The position numbers and the translations under genes are program-made. A DNA stretch of 64,000 nucleotides, taken from positions 62,001 through 126,000 of the forward strand of contig MU008202.1 in assembly GCA_010909165.1 (NCBI GenBank), given 5' to 3'. The DNA comes from Anthoceros angustus (Eukaryota > Plantae > Anthocerotophyta). The notes beneath the pieces were generated by a model. It saw nothing but the letters and a program-made list of their open reading frames with translations, was not told the origin of the DNA and did no database searches. Below, in pieces: positions 12,857 through 25,480 of the stretch. The stretch's first letter is position 1. Every line of letters starts with the position of its first letter.

Positions 12857-12957
12857 AATGTGGGTAGCTCCTCGACTGTCCCCTTCCACAATGTTGGCAG
12901 CTCCTCAAGTGTTTCCCTCCACAATGTGGGCAGCTCCTCAAGTGTCTCCTTCCACTT
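12857..12957. repeat. 33-bp tandem repeat x3
   Basis: AATGTGGGCAGCTCCTCAAGTGTYTCCYTCCAC-like units read directly. Confidence 0.9.
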
Positions 12958-14371
12958 CTGGGCCCTTGCCAAACTCGTAATCATAAACGGGGAATGTCAC
13001 CTCTGTCATATCACACCCCCTCCGTATGCTTTTGTACCAACAACTCCCAGCTTGTATCACATCTCTCGCTCTCGCTCTCCCTCAGCAACTTGTATTGTAC
13101 CAGTGTAGTAACTACGTGTAGCTGTCATGTCTGTCAGGCTGTGGTAGCTCTCCAGCCCAGAGGAAAACCATTTACCCCGCATCCGCTTGATGCTGAAAGA
13201 CGAAAAAGGCGAGTTGGCCGACGGACAGGGATATGTGAACTTGTGAAGGGGCAGCTTTATCACTCTAAAGACTGGCTTCATAGCAATGCAGATCCGAAAT
13301 AAAATCAGATGCACGTTGTCAACAACCGGTGCGAGTCTCCGCACCCTAGCACTCCTCTGACAAGAAAGTTTCAACTCCTACATAAATCTCATCAACTCGT
13401 CGACCCATGTATGTACTTTGCAAATCGAGCTTTGCATCACAGACCAACCCAGCCATGGTATGCATCAATCCAGATGACTCCCTTGGAGGAAAGTATGAAA
13501 CACAGGCCCACAAACTGCAGGGCACAGCCTGCACGAGCAAGTCATGCATAATCCACGGTGACTGCCCCCATGCGAGTGCTTGTCCCTGCACATCCGCGAG
13601 TGAATCGGCAGAGGGAAAACTTTCGTTGCAACTTGCAAAGGGTACAATCAACCCCTGATTCCGTTAGCGTTGTGGGCGAACAGTCACGGTTGGGTTACCG
13701 AGTGGTGGATAAGTGTGAAGGCTGTTGCTGGTGGGGGGGAAGGGGGGGTCCACATTCTACAGGCTACAGTGGTCCTGGAAATCCACATCCACAACCGACC
13801 TCGGCTAATACTTTTGTAACTAATAAACCGACCGTGCGTCCGAGCTCATGGAGCACTACTCTGAGCAGCAATTACAATGCCATTAGCCTTAAGCGGCTGG
13901 TGAGGAAGAAGCACCCAGCCCAACCTGATATACGATACTGTAGCTACTGTATGTGCCTTTCTCCACGGAACGGGGGGAGATGTGGAATGCAATGGTGACT
14001 TGTGCCTGAGAACCATAGCCAAGTCTCGTACGCGTTGCGTACTCGTTTGGAAGGAGGCAAGTAGATATGCTGCTGGAGCTGGTACACTAGGAGGAAGAAT
14101 CTTGCTCGTGACCCGAGGACACGTAGCTGAGTATATCTGCATCTACAGTGATTTTCAAAATACCTTTTTTCCTTTTTCAGGAAAAGGAAAAGGTTGTGTG
14201 ATGAGGCTGGCTGTGGAACAGTGGAAACCCATGCGGATTCCGGGAGCACGCCTGCATCAGGAATTGGATTTGCGGCGGAAGGAAAAGTTTGTCGTTGCAG
14301 ATGCCACCTCCGCATTTAGGCAGCGAATAACAGTGGATGGAGCCTGGAGGAAGGGAAAGGTGGGTTGTGCC

Positions 14372-14420
14372 GGCTGGGCTGGGCTGGGCTGGGCTGGGCT
14401 GGGCTGGGCTGGGCTGGGCT
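14372..14420. repeat. (GCTGG)n microsatellite
   Basis: About 10 perfect units. Confidence 0.95.
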
Positions 14421-15844
14421 CGACTCGACTTGGCTTACCTTGGTTTGGTTGATGGGGGCTGGGGTGGAGTGGGGCGAGGCGAGGCGATGAGATGAGATGA
14501 GATGGTGACCTGGTCTGGGCTGGGGCCGCGGACCGTCGTGGTGCTCTAGCAGCGTTTCGAAAGCTCCTGACATGCGGTGGCTGGTTTTCGAGGCAGCAGC
14601 AGCAGAGTGAGGACAGGCGGGACGGCACAGCTAGCAACCAACTTTTTGTGTGAGCTGTTGCTTTTGAGTGGCGCATTCAGCCTGCTAATACGACAGCTAA
14701 CAAACGGTGTGCGTTGCAAGCCTGCCTCCCGGAGGCCTCGGAAACGGGGAAAAACAGGGCCCGAATTTGGGCAGAGCCCAGGCGCCTCGTAAGCACATCG
14801 CATAGCTATGCGGGGCTTTCTTTCTGCGTGCTATGCAGTGCTGTGCTGTGCCTGGTAAGTGAGTGTGTATTACGTAACGGCCTTGGGGAGGGATGCTACG
14901 GTGCAGAGCAGTCGAGGCCGTTAGTTCAGTGAACCTAGGTAGGTGGTTGTTGAGAGGAGGAAAGCGAGCGCAAAACCATATCCGCATTTCCAGCAGTCAA
15001 CTTCACAAGGAGTCAGCACAACATGATAGGGTACAGATTTTCACGCCCCGCAAAGCAGATTTTAAACCAACCAGCCAGCCAGCCTCACCATTAAAGTACC
15101 ACACTCCATATCACTTCGTCCTCCTGCCAGCATGTTATGCACTCACCATTTCTTACCTTACCAACACCACCCGTAGGCACCGTCATGGCATGTGGGCAGG
15201 GGAAAGCAAGAAAGAAAAAAAGAACGCAAGCGCACCCGCACCCGCACCCGCTTCCCGGATGAAAGCAAGTACTAGCGAGCCGAAGAATACATAAAGTTCA
15301 AGACCCTCGACAACAGCAAGAAACTCATGCCCAAGCAAGCAGCACACACCCGCCAGCTGGAGTCCACACCACCACGTCCACGGAGGAAGCACCACCCCTC
15401 GCTAAAACCACCCAAGATTGGAACATCTTTTCACTTCAGGCTTCCGACAGCGATCACATTATTGAATGGCACTAGTGACCTAGTCTACTTGGACAGACAC
15501 TCACTGCAGGAGTGTGGAGGATCGGATTGGATTGGTTTTGAGACTGTCTACGATACCTCACCCGAGATGTAGCATAAATACCAACTTACAAGGGTGCTGC
15601 AGAGTCACCAATTAACAAGTATTCACAGGAGCAAATTCTGTCGAGAGTCTCTTATTCCTACCTAGAACCTGCGCAGGCTATCACGGCTGATTGTTGCACT
15701 GTAACTGTACTCTAACCACTAACCAAATGAACAATCACACCAATAGTCCCTATTATCTGCAATCCTAGCTCAACCTAGTCAAAAACCACATAGCTACCGC
15801 AAAAGACTTGACTATCGTACTGGAAAAACTGCGTCTATGAAAGC

Positions 15845-17176
15845 TCACCCAGCTTTTCTTGGCAAGGAAGGGGCAACAGAGCCGAAAAAATCATGGTGAG
15901 AATTCAGAGACTGTAATTCGGAAGGGAAGGAATGGAAAGGAGGGGTGCAGGTTGTCGCATGGGCTGCAGCCATGTACTTCTGAACCTCCTTGGCAACCAT
16001 GTCCTTCATCACAGCAAACAAACCTGCATTCACTGCGTCCAGGCCAGATCCAGGATTGGGCCACGGCACCTGTGCTTGGGGCTGAAACATGGGCGCCAGG
16101 ACCTGGGCCACAGCTGTCCTGACAGCAACATTCATAAAATCAGTGGCAGCATCCACTACTTTAGGATAGGGAGCAGGAGCCTCAGGCTGGGCAGCAGCAG
16201 CACCAGGTGGCGGCGGCGGCGGCGGGCTGAGCATGTTGGCGGAGCAAGTCGGAGGCGGCATCGACGAAGATTCGCGGGGCTCCGGAATGGGGGCCGGGCC
16301 CCAGCAAGCACCGCCTCCAAAATCTTTCCTCTGCTCTGGAGGAGTTTGAACACGCAAAGGCGCGTGAGTGGGCTGCTGGCTGACTGTGGAGAGGTGAGAC
16401 AACTCCCCGTCGTTCCTGCTCCTGCTGCTTCCTGGGAGCGAAAGGCTCAAAGAGGTGGGAGGATCCGTGCTGGAGCTGGACGTCTCAGATGGCGGCTGCT
16501 TGCCCACCGCAATACTTGGGCCGTAGGAGGTGAAGGCCGATGGGCGAGGAACCGGCCGGAAAACTTGCGGAGTCAAGACCGTGGTAGGATCACTGTGGTC
16601 GGAGGCAGTGGGGGAGCCAGGCCCAAAATTGAGCTTCTTCAATCTCCGGGAATCCACTTCCCAACCGTTGTCTTCTTGCAAACTACCATCATTGGACATT
16701 TCGTTGCTGCTCCTCTTCCTCCCATCCACACTGCAAATTTCATCGTCATCCCGGGAGATTTTACACACATAGCTGTTCTCTTCCTCAGCCCTGGACTTCT
16801 CGTACCTCCGCCGCAGCGTCGAATTCCAGTGGTTCTTTATCGCATTGTCGGTCCGGCCTGGCAACAACCGAGCAATTGTGGCCCACTTATTACCGTGCCG
16901 AGCGTGGGCCTCGATGATGGCCAGGTCCTCCGAAGGCGTGAAGGGCCGGTGCTGCACCTGAGGACTGAGCTGGTTGCACCACCTGAGGCGACATGACTTG
17001 CCGGAGCGCCCGGGGATCCCCTTGCTTATGAGAGACCAATTGCGGGCGCCATACTTGTCCACCAGCTTCTGCAGAGCACTGTCTTCCTCAGGGCTCCACG
17101 GTCCTTTTATTCGGTCGTTTTCCTCTGACAGATTAGACCGTTGTGTCGCTAATGCCATGCTAAAGGCACTTCCCAC
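15845..17176 (-). CDS. R2R3-MYB transcription factor, subgroup 22 (MYB44/73/77-like), intronless, 443 aa
   Basis: [54 protein letters not shown]; TSLSLSLPG motif; C-terminal [13 protein letters not shown] motif typical of subgroup 22. Confidence 0.95.
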   Translation of the reverse strand: MGSAFSMALATQRSNLSEENDRIKGPWSPEEDSALQKLVDKYGARNWSLISKGIPGRSGKSCRLRWCNQLSPQVQHRPFTPSEDLAIIEAHARHGNKWATIARLLPGRTDNAIKNHWNSTLRRRYEKSRAEEENSYVCKISRDDDEICSVDGRKRSSNEMSNDGSLQEDNGWEVDSRRLKKLNFGPGSPTASDHSDPTTVLTPQVFRPVPRPSAFTSYGPSIAVGKQPPSETSSSSTDPPTSLSLSLPGSSRSRNDGELSHLSTVSQQPTHAPLRVQTPPEQRKDFGGGACWGPAPIPEPRESSSMPPPTCSANMLSPPPPPPPGAAAAQPEAPAPYPKVVDAATDFMNVAVRTAVAQVLAPMFQPQAQVPWPNPGSGLDAVNAGLFAVMKDMVAKEVQKYMAAAHATTCTPPFHSFPSELQSLNSHHDFFGSVAPSLPRKAG

Positions 17177-20100
17177 TCTGTCGCATGCAAGTCAAAGACG
17201 GAGAAGCCCACCCTCTACTAGCACTACCTAGACCGGCACCCACGGCGCGGCGTGCCCGTCGAAAATCATAGAACGATAGAAGCAGCACAAGAGGAAGCTG
17301 GGAGTACAACCAAGCCGTATGCACACTACGGAGGAGGCCTCCATGTGCAGACCGACCGGAAACCTCCCCAAGAAACGGCTCTCCTACACGATCACAATTG
17401 ATGTGAAATCGCGTTCTTCACCAACAGCAGGCCAGCCAATTGCTAGACCAAAGCAATTCCCAAACACACACCGAAAGACAGCCAATTCCAGGCGCCGCAC
17501 ACAAGGCGCGAGCTGCGCCAGACAAACAAGAGCAGACCGCACCAGAGTCACAGGAAATGACTCCCTCTTCACCCTCACCCTATACCTTGCCCTCTACCTC
17601 ACACTCACACCCTCACCGCCGCACCGACACCAACCCAGCGCTGCGGCGGGATGCCCCGCGGAAGAAAGATCCAAAAGCAGCCGCACACCAAGAAACACGA
17701 CACCGCACACCAAGCAGCAGAGGCGGCCGCTGCAAATCCTCCACCACCCGCAGATCCAGAAAGCGGCCACAAATTCCGCCGCTTCAACACTCAGCAAAAG
17801 AGCCGAGGCAGAGCCGCCTGCTCCACGGCTCTCCAAGAATCCGTCCTGAAGGCACCTACTCAGGACACACCTTCACACAAGCCTGTCCCACCCGAGAGAA
17901 GCCACACCAGAAGCACAGCAAGAGAAGCAACACCGCAACTCCAATACTCCGAAAACCTCCACAGCCAGCGCTCCGAAGAGCCAAAACCAAAGATCCCTGC
18001 GAGTGGGAAGGAGAGGAGGAGAAGGAACTCGAGAGAGGAGGAGGAGGAGGGGAAGAAAGGGAGGAAAGGGAAGGAGGAAGCACAGGAAAGCGCCCGCTTG
18101 AAGGAGGGGCGGGGCGCCCTCTGGGAGCATTAAGCCGGCGAGGCGACTCCAGGCTGCTCTTGTAGCTCTCTCTTGCCCGGGCCAGGAGGCCAGGAGGGAG
18201 GGAGGCGCGGTAGAGAGAGGATGACCCGCAGCGGAGAGAGAGGATGGGATGCGGAGCAGCCCGGTCGTGCTCCGTGTTTGAACAGGAAGATGTATGTCCG
18301 AACCATGGCAACACGTAACGGGCCGTTGTACCCACTGATTTTGGGGGGGATTTTTTTTGGCGGGCTGCCCGGAATCCGGATGCCATACATGATGGCGGGC
18401 GTCAGGCATGATGCCCGCATGGCCCATGCGAGGGCATGCATGACGTATGAGGTCCCACGCGGCCGTTGGAACTGATTGCCGGAATCCTGTGGTTCCTTTC
18501 GCCGGAACCGGACCCAGCTGGCAACCGGCGGTAGCGGGTGTCGCCCGGGATTCACCGCATATGCCCCATCCGGCGTCTTGAAGTTTGCGAAAGATGAGGC
18601 CACGGATCTTGGGTCATGCAGGTTGCAAGTGCAAGTGAAGCGATATGTTAGGTTCAATGGACCGGAATTGCGCATGGGATTGAAATGCTGTTATGAATCT
18701 TACCCTTGGGTGGCTTACGTCAATGGGAGGGCGCTTGTTTGTGGAATGTGTGGAACATCCATCTACTTGTCTTATTCCCCTCGTCCCTTGCCCATTTATT
18801 GCAAAGCATATGGGCATATGAAGTGTACCAGATCATGTATGCTTGTTTTGTTTCACAAGATAATTCTGGTCTTAATACGTGGAGGATAGAATTTCAAACT
18901 ACTTACTTTCGTTGGTGAATGGGTTTCCTTAGGTCTATAATTTTTAGTTTACAACATAAACGTAACAAAGTGAAAGACACACTTCTTTTATACCAAAGCA
19001 CATGGGGGACTGAATTTTAAGAGCAAAGAGACGTGTGAAACAAGGAGAAGTATATATTAATGGGTTTTGAATCCCAAGGATAAGTAGTGAGTACATGTAC
19101 ATATTGTGTGGGGCTGGATGCGTCCTTCTCTTCCTGGCAAGGGAAGGATATGCTCGTGAGGATAAGCATGTGGAATGCAGTAGCTGGTGGGTCGTGCGCG
19201 TTGCTGAGGATATGGATATGCTTCAAGCATGTAAGGACTATAACAGTTACGTGGTGGCAGGTGCAAGTGCGTGTAATAGGGCCGTGCCAACTGATCGTGT
19301 ACTGTGCTTTCTTCCACCAACATGTGAAGAAGCAGGCTTTTGCAGTGAACATACAGAGTACGTAGATACTTTTCTCCACCAACTTCACTGTCTTCGATAT
19401 TTTCCACCGACCCACCAAAAGATGTACGCTCATGAATGATTGGGAACAACTTGGGCCTCATGAATTGTGCTCGGGCTGTTTGTAGCGTGGAAGGACTCGG
19501 GCTTGAACTTGGGCTTGTAGCTTGAAAGGATCGCGCTTTATTGTTCAATTTTTTGCTTAATTATGTTTCTATGGTCTCGAGTGCTAGATACTTGAATCAA
19601 ATATGTGGTTTATGAATAAGCAATGATATAGCTACTCTTTCGGAGACATAACTATGTATTTAAACCAACATAGCGCTAAAATGTTGCTTGGTTCCACACC
19701 AAGTGGAAAGCATGACGGGTCATCATGAGATTGGAGAGTGTTAAATTTCACTTAGATTAAATTTTATTTAAAAAATATATCAATGTATCACATTTGTGCA
19801 TAGGATCCGACTTGGTCAAGTGTTTCTCTTCAGATGCATACATTATTCCTTGCGTGTAGCAGAGGAAAGAATGAGTAAAGCAGCGAGAGATAAGTTTCAA
19901 AGAAAAAGACAAACTAGTTTATGAAATACTTGCCTATTGGCTGGGTTTTAAAGAAAAAGACAAACTAGTTATGAAATGTTTGGCTATTGGCTGAGACATG
20001 CAGTGGACCTCTCCGATAACTAGATAAGCTTTTATCTAGTTATGGAGACCCAATTTGATGAGTCAATTGGGACAAAAAAGATGTAGCCGACCAATGAAAT

Positions 20101-21559
20101 ATGAGTTTGGTGCAGGATAAGGTGGGAAAAAAAGTTCTCAATTCGAATGAATTATTTACCAAGACAAGCACGTGTTTAGGGCTCATGGGTGGTGTGGGTG
20201 AGCCAAATACATTTTGTCGTTATATCCATGAAAATCACAAGGAAATGCCAAGTTGGGTATATTTTGTACAAAAGCCTTGGTAAATGAGAAACTCTTGTTG
20301 GCGAGTCTTTAAATGCAACATCCAAACATCACACAAATAGATGGATATGATATGTTATTTGGAGAATTTTTTGTAGTTAGGACCAAGGTGCTTTTGAACA
20401 TGTGCACACATGCATGTTAGGAGAGATTGGGAAGGCGCGAGGGCCACTTTTCTAGGTGGCAAAAAGTGGGCACCTCCATATGATGCATTTTTGTTTTCTT
20501 GCTCCAGCCCAAGTGGCTTTGGTGAACAAGGGATGCAAGGGTGGCTTGTGTTATTGGGTGCTTGGCAGCTGCTGGCCTTGTTAGCAGCTCGTTGTTTGCT
20601 TCGGTGGGCGGCAGCGATGGATGCGAAGGCGAGTGAGGAATTCATGGGGGAATCGTGAAAAGAGTGATAGCTACCTACCGGATGCCTTTGCAGAGCCCTA
20701 CACCGCACACCGCACACCGCACAGCCCTAGGGGAAGGGAAGGGAAGGAAGGCCCTACCGCTACAACCCCACACGGTTTGGCAGGTTTCAGGTACGACAAC
20801 ATGAAAGGAGGCGGATTAGTGGGGCCAGCAAGCAAAGGTTTTGACGACGGTTTTGAGCGGCTGGGTTGCGTCACCGGTTTTGAGTGGAGTTCCATTATCA
20901 AACTGAAAAAACAAACCCGTTACCCAACAACACAAGGATGCGGTGCGGTGGGGCGTGACGACACCGGTACAGGTATGTAACGGGGGCCCGGCCCGGCCCG
21001 GCCCGGCGCACCCGGTGGAGTGTCACGACCAGCGTGGAGCCTGGAGAACCTGGCGCCATAATTACCGTGTCCAGGTTAAGTTAACTGGGCGCATCGCAGC
21101 AGGAACAGCGCACCGGGTCGTCCACCGTTGCCGGCAAGGATGCCCTCCCTGCCCTGCTACTTTGCCAGGCCGTTAGCGGTACGTGTTGAGAGTAGTTACC
21201 TGACGGACATTACTATCCGCCAGCGCTCCCTGCTGGCCCCTGCCCTCCCGCCTCCCCGCCCGTGCGGCTGGGGCGCTGGAGCGCTGGAGGCTGGAGGCGA
21301 CCGGCCACCGGTTGAGTTGGCGAAACTGGTCGCTGCCCTCCCCGCCCATGCGTCCATGCTGCATGCCATACCATGCTGCACATTCACATACATACGTGCC
21401 TGCGTATGTACATAGATACGATACATGCCCGTTGACCAGGTGGGCGGGACGAGACGAAGAAGGAAGACTAGACAAATACAATACGTGTTTTAAATGTAGC
21501 ATGCAGCCAGCGTCCATACCTCCCAGGCCCAGGGCGGAATTTGGTACTTTGTACACCCA

Positions 21560-24500
21560 GGGTCCTATGATACTTAGACGTGGTGAGCCTCAGCTTTTTA
21601 AAATCACAATGCCATGAAAGGATTTGAGAACCGACGGGTGGGTTCCTATTGTTGTGAGGACATCATGGACGAGCCGGCTACCACTTAAGGGGCCATATCT
21701 CATCTAAGCATGAAGTCTACATACCTAGCCAATGGAGATAGAATATTTGTGGATAGGGATATATCATGTTGTTAAAAGATGGTAGATCATGTGGCTCCCA
21801 AGGCTTGATAAGAGAGGTTGGTAAGGAGCAGCCTTATTTGCGGCCGAGACAAGAGAGATCATAAACCAGGATATGTTTTATTGAGGGAAAAAAACGATGG
21901 AAAAAACCCATTCAGCAGGGGACAACCAAGGTGCACCCCGAGGATCAAGGTGAAAAGGAGCGACTAAGCTCCTTACCTAAAATCACCTATTGTTCCCAAA
22001 ACATCATTCGCAAGAAGAACAAATGGCTTGCAAACTACGGACGAAGAGGAAGAAGCGTCACCTGTCGTCGCCGCCTTATGAAGGATTGTCATCGAGAGGG
22101 CCCTTTGAAGGCCAATAGAGACTCACTGTCTGAAGTAAGCTGTGAAATAAGAAAGGGACAGCCCCGTGCCATGCCTTCGGGAGTGGTAGGATTTCGCACA
22201 CAACTTGAGAAATTTATCGAAGTCCGCAGCCATTACCCCATCATTTTGAGTGCGAACGGAATAAAGAAGCTGCCCGCTTGCTTCTCGCTGCACTTCCTAA
22301 CCTTGAAAGCAGTGCCCAATCGTGATTAGTGATAACCTAAGCAGAGATGGTGTCTTGGCCGGCCCACCACGTCAGATTTCCCTGCTCCCTCAAGGAAATT
22401 TTACAAGATTTCCTCCTCCACACTAGACACAAGATCCTCCAGGATAGGTCCTCCTGGAGGATGAAGCGAGAGGCCAGAGCAGGAGATGATAGGGCCCAGC
22501 TGCCTAAAAAAATCGCCGGGGAAGAAACCTCCAATGAGAGTACGCCGACGCCCCAAACTGCACTGGCATGAACGCTTGCCAGCGGGCCAAATTCCCCACA
22601 GGGCACTCGAAAGCCCCTGGGCCCATGATGTCCCCAAGACTATCCATTATCTTTCTGTCAAACCCTTGCAATCGAGACAAGAGAACTGGGGACTTGGGAG
22701 GCATGCGCATGAGGTAACCAGGACGCCTAGCGAAGCGAGAGGAAAGAAGTCTAAAGGCCACATAAGCATCCCCCAGCAGAGGGAGGTCCTCAACATGGGA
22801 CAGGTCCTCTGCAAGAGCTTGGTCCAAGAAGCTCCCGATGCAGTCAGGGGAGCGGAAGGGGACCCCAAAATTTGAAGATCCAACGCCGGAGCAATCTCCC
22901 CAACACGGAACTGCAAAGTGGGCAGGATGCTCGACGGGGACTAGACGCGACACTTGTAGAGCTTGACCTTCAAGGCAACTAAAGAAACCTCATGGGAGAA
23001 GAGCTGGAAGGCCTCCTAAACCTTGTTCCTAGGCCCAAGGATGTGAGAGTCGTCTACCAGTGACGGGAAGACACATTCATGCCCAAAGGAAGCAGCCCTA
23101 GAAAGGGCCCTGTAGTGAGCATTGGCAAAGAGGGCACCGCCCAAATGGTCACCTTGCTTGGTACCTGTGGCTGATTCCAAGACGAAAACAACAAATCCCG
23201 AAGAGACGTTCCTATACTGATAGTAGAGGTTGGAAGATTTCATGTAGAATCCAGATAAAAGGTATAAGGCTCCCCAGGACACCACTAGCTTCCCTAAGCT
23301 CCTCAGACATAACGCTTCTGGAAATGGTATAGAAGGCGTTCTCAACATCCACATGTCTGTTAAGGCATGCCTGCACGCCAAACACCACAGGACTTGCAAC
23401 CCCCCGGAGTGGCAATGCCAAATTGAAGGGGGTTTAGGTGCTGATGGAGGTGGGTGCTCGGGCTCTGGCGTGTGTCCACCCACGGCTGGGGAAGCCTTCA
23501 TGCGGCTCCTTAACAATACTATTACCCTTTAATGTCGCCTCGAGAGATCCGATGAGGCATTTTCCACAGCAGCAGCTGAGAAAAAGAGCTAGGGAAAGCC
23601 GCTGGATGGGTCTTCAGGGAGAAAAAGGTTACCGAAGATGGTCAAACACCGTCCCAGACAGTCCGGGAGAAGAAAGAAGTGGGGCTGAGAGGCAGGGCAA
23701 AAGTCGTGCGGTCCAGGGAGAAGGGGTCCTCAAGCACAGAATCGAGTATGTTCGGGGGGATGCCATCCTTCAGGGCTGGATGGAGGGCACGAAGGGCTGC
23801 AATGGTCTCCTCAGTAGCAGGGGGTGAAGAGCCCTCGCATCGCGGCCATATTCGCCTACTTGACCCAACAACTTGCAGCTCCGCAGGTTCGTTGCCACAC
23901 CCGGGGCTTGTTCCACTTGCAGCGCGAATTCCACCCGAGTCTTAGAAGCTGGCAATGCCTCTTTTTAAAGAGATGCCCAATCTCCGGCCCGAAAGTCATA
24001 GAGGCGATTGGCGACCTCCCGATGACCAGAAGCCCTATCCCTAGTACAATGCAAACACCACGGGTAGAAGCGGAAGACACATTCATGCCCAAAGGAAGCG
24101 ACCCTAGAAAGGGCCCGTAGTGAGCATTGGCAAGAGGCACCGCCCAAATGGTCACCTTGCTTGGTACACGTGGCTGATTCCAAGACGAAAACAACAAATC
24201 CCGAAGAGACGTTCCTATACTGATAGTAGAGGTTGGAAGATTTCATGTAGAATCCAGATAAAAGGTATAAGGCTCCCCAGGACACCACTAGCTTCCCTAA
24301 GCTCCTCAGACATAACGCTTCTGGAAATGGTATAGAAGGCGTTCTCAACATCCACATGTCCGTTAAGGCATGCCTGCACGCCAAACACCACAGGACTTGC
24401 AACCCCCCGGAGTGGCAATGCCAAATTGAAGGGGGTTTAGGTGCTGATGGAGGTGGGTGCTCGGGCTCTGGCGTGTGTCCACCCACGGCTGGGGAAGCCT

Positions 24501-25480
24501 TCATGCGGCTCCTTAACAATACTATTACCCTTTAATGTCGCCTCGAGAGATCCGATGAGGCATTTTCCAGCTGAGAAAAAGAGCTAGGGAAAGCCGCTGG
24601 ATGGGTCTTCAGGGAGAAAAAGGTTACCGAAGATGGTCAAACACCGTCCCAGACAGTCCGGGAGAAGAAAGAAGTGGGGCTGAGAGGCAGGGCAAAAGTC
24701 GTGCGGTCCAGGGAGAAGGGGTCCTCAAGCACAGAATCGAGTATGTTCGGGGGGATGCCATCCTTCAGGGCTGGATGGAGGGCACGAAGGGCTGCAATGG
24801 TCTCCTCAGTAGCAGGGGGTGAAGAGCCCTCGCATCGCGGCCATATTCGCCTACTTGACCCAACAACTTGCGACTCCAGGTTGCCACACCCGGGCTTGTT
24901 CCACTTGCGGTATTCACCGAGTCTTAGAAGCTGGCAATGCCTCTTTTTAAAGAGATGCCCAATCTCCGGCCCGAAAGTCATAGAGGCGATTGGCGACCTC
25001 CCGATGACCAGAAGCCCTATCCCTAGTACAATGCAAACACCACCGGGGTAGAAGCAGAAGAAGACACCAAGCTAGCTCGTACTGGGAGTCGAGTGCAAGG
25101 CGATCCAGAGGAAGATGGAACGCTAAGCGAGCATCATCATGAAGGTGCCTTGGAATCCTGCGAAAGATGCACAGGCATGGAAAACAGGATTTAAACAACC
25201 CAAGGATATGATTCAGCTGAGTCTGCAACCATTCCCATGATGAGAGAGGCACCCTTGGAAGGATGACACCAATTCCGCAGCCTGAGCCAGGGAGCTAGTG
25301 GAGGTTGTAAGTTGTACGTGAGCAGCCCAAGTAGTCCGGTCGAAGTCTTTGTGCATGTGCCAATGTGAAAACCCCCTTAACGCCATAATAGAGTTGATTG
25401 AATGGGGAGTGTCCTTGATAGTCACAGAAGGTGTGGACCCCCCCCATTGCATAGAGAAGAAATCGTAGAGAGAGAACAAA
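21560..25480 (-). mobile_element. Decayed non-LTR retrotransposon, CRE clade (RT + RLE type)
   Basis: Fragments LLLLPRWC..NRLYDFRAGDWASL, PATEETIAALRALHP, DVENAFYTISR, GTKQGDHLGGALFA..FPSLVDDSHILGP (RT motifs), GVPFRSP..LPLLGDAYVAFRLLS..RPGYLMR and WQAFMPVQF/GVGVLSL. Weak GAPWLSPAEW and GTHP remnants lie toward the 3' end. Many frameshifts; boundaries approximate. Confidence 0.82.
23067..25067. repeat. ~1-kb direct tandem duplication inside the retroelement
   Basis: Units 23067-24072 and 24073-25059 are near-identical (ORFs 23016-23516 and 23965-24519 share their N-terminal sequence). GAAGACAC occurs at 23067, 24073 and 25060. Confidence 0.93.

Noticed and set aside
15932-16996. 354-aa plus-strand ORF
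   Set aside because: Antisense shadow of the MYB CDS. The same applies to 9970-11007 opposite the WD40 gene.
19057-19548. Overlapping 114-163 aa ORFs upstream of MYB
   Set aside because: No motif or homology recognised and no clear start context; left unannotated.
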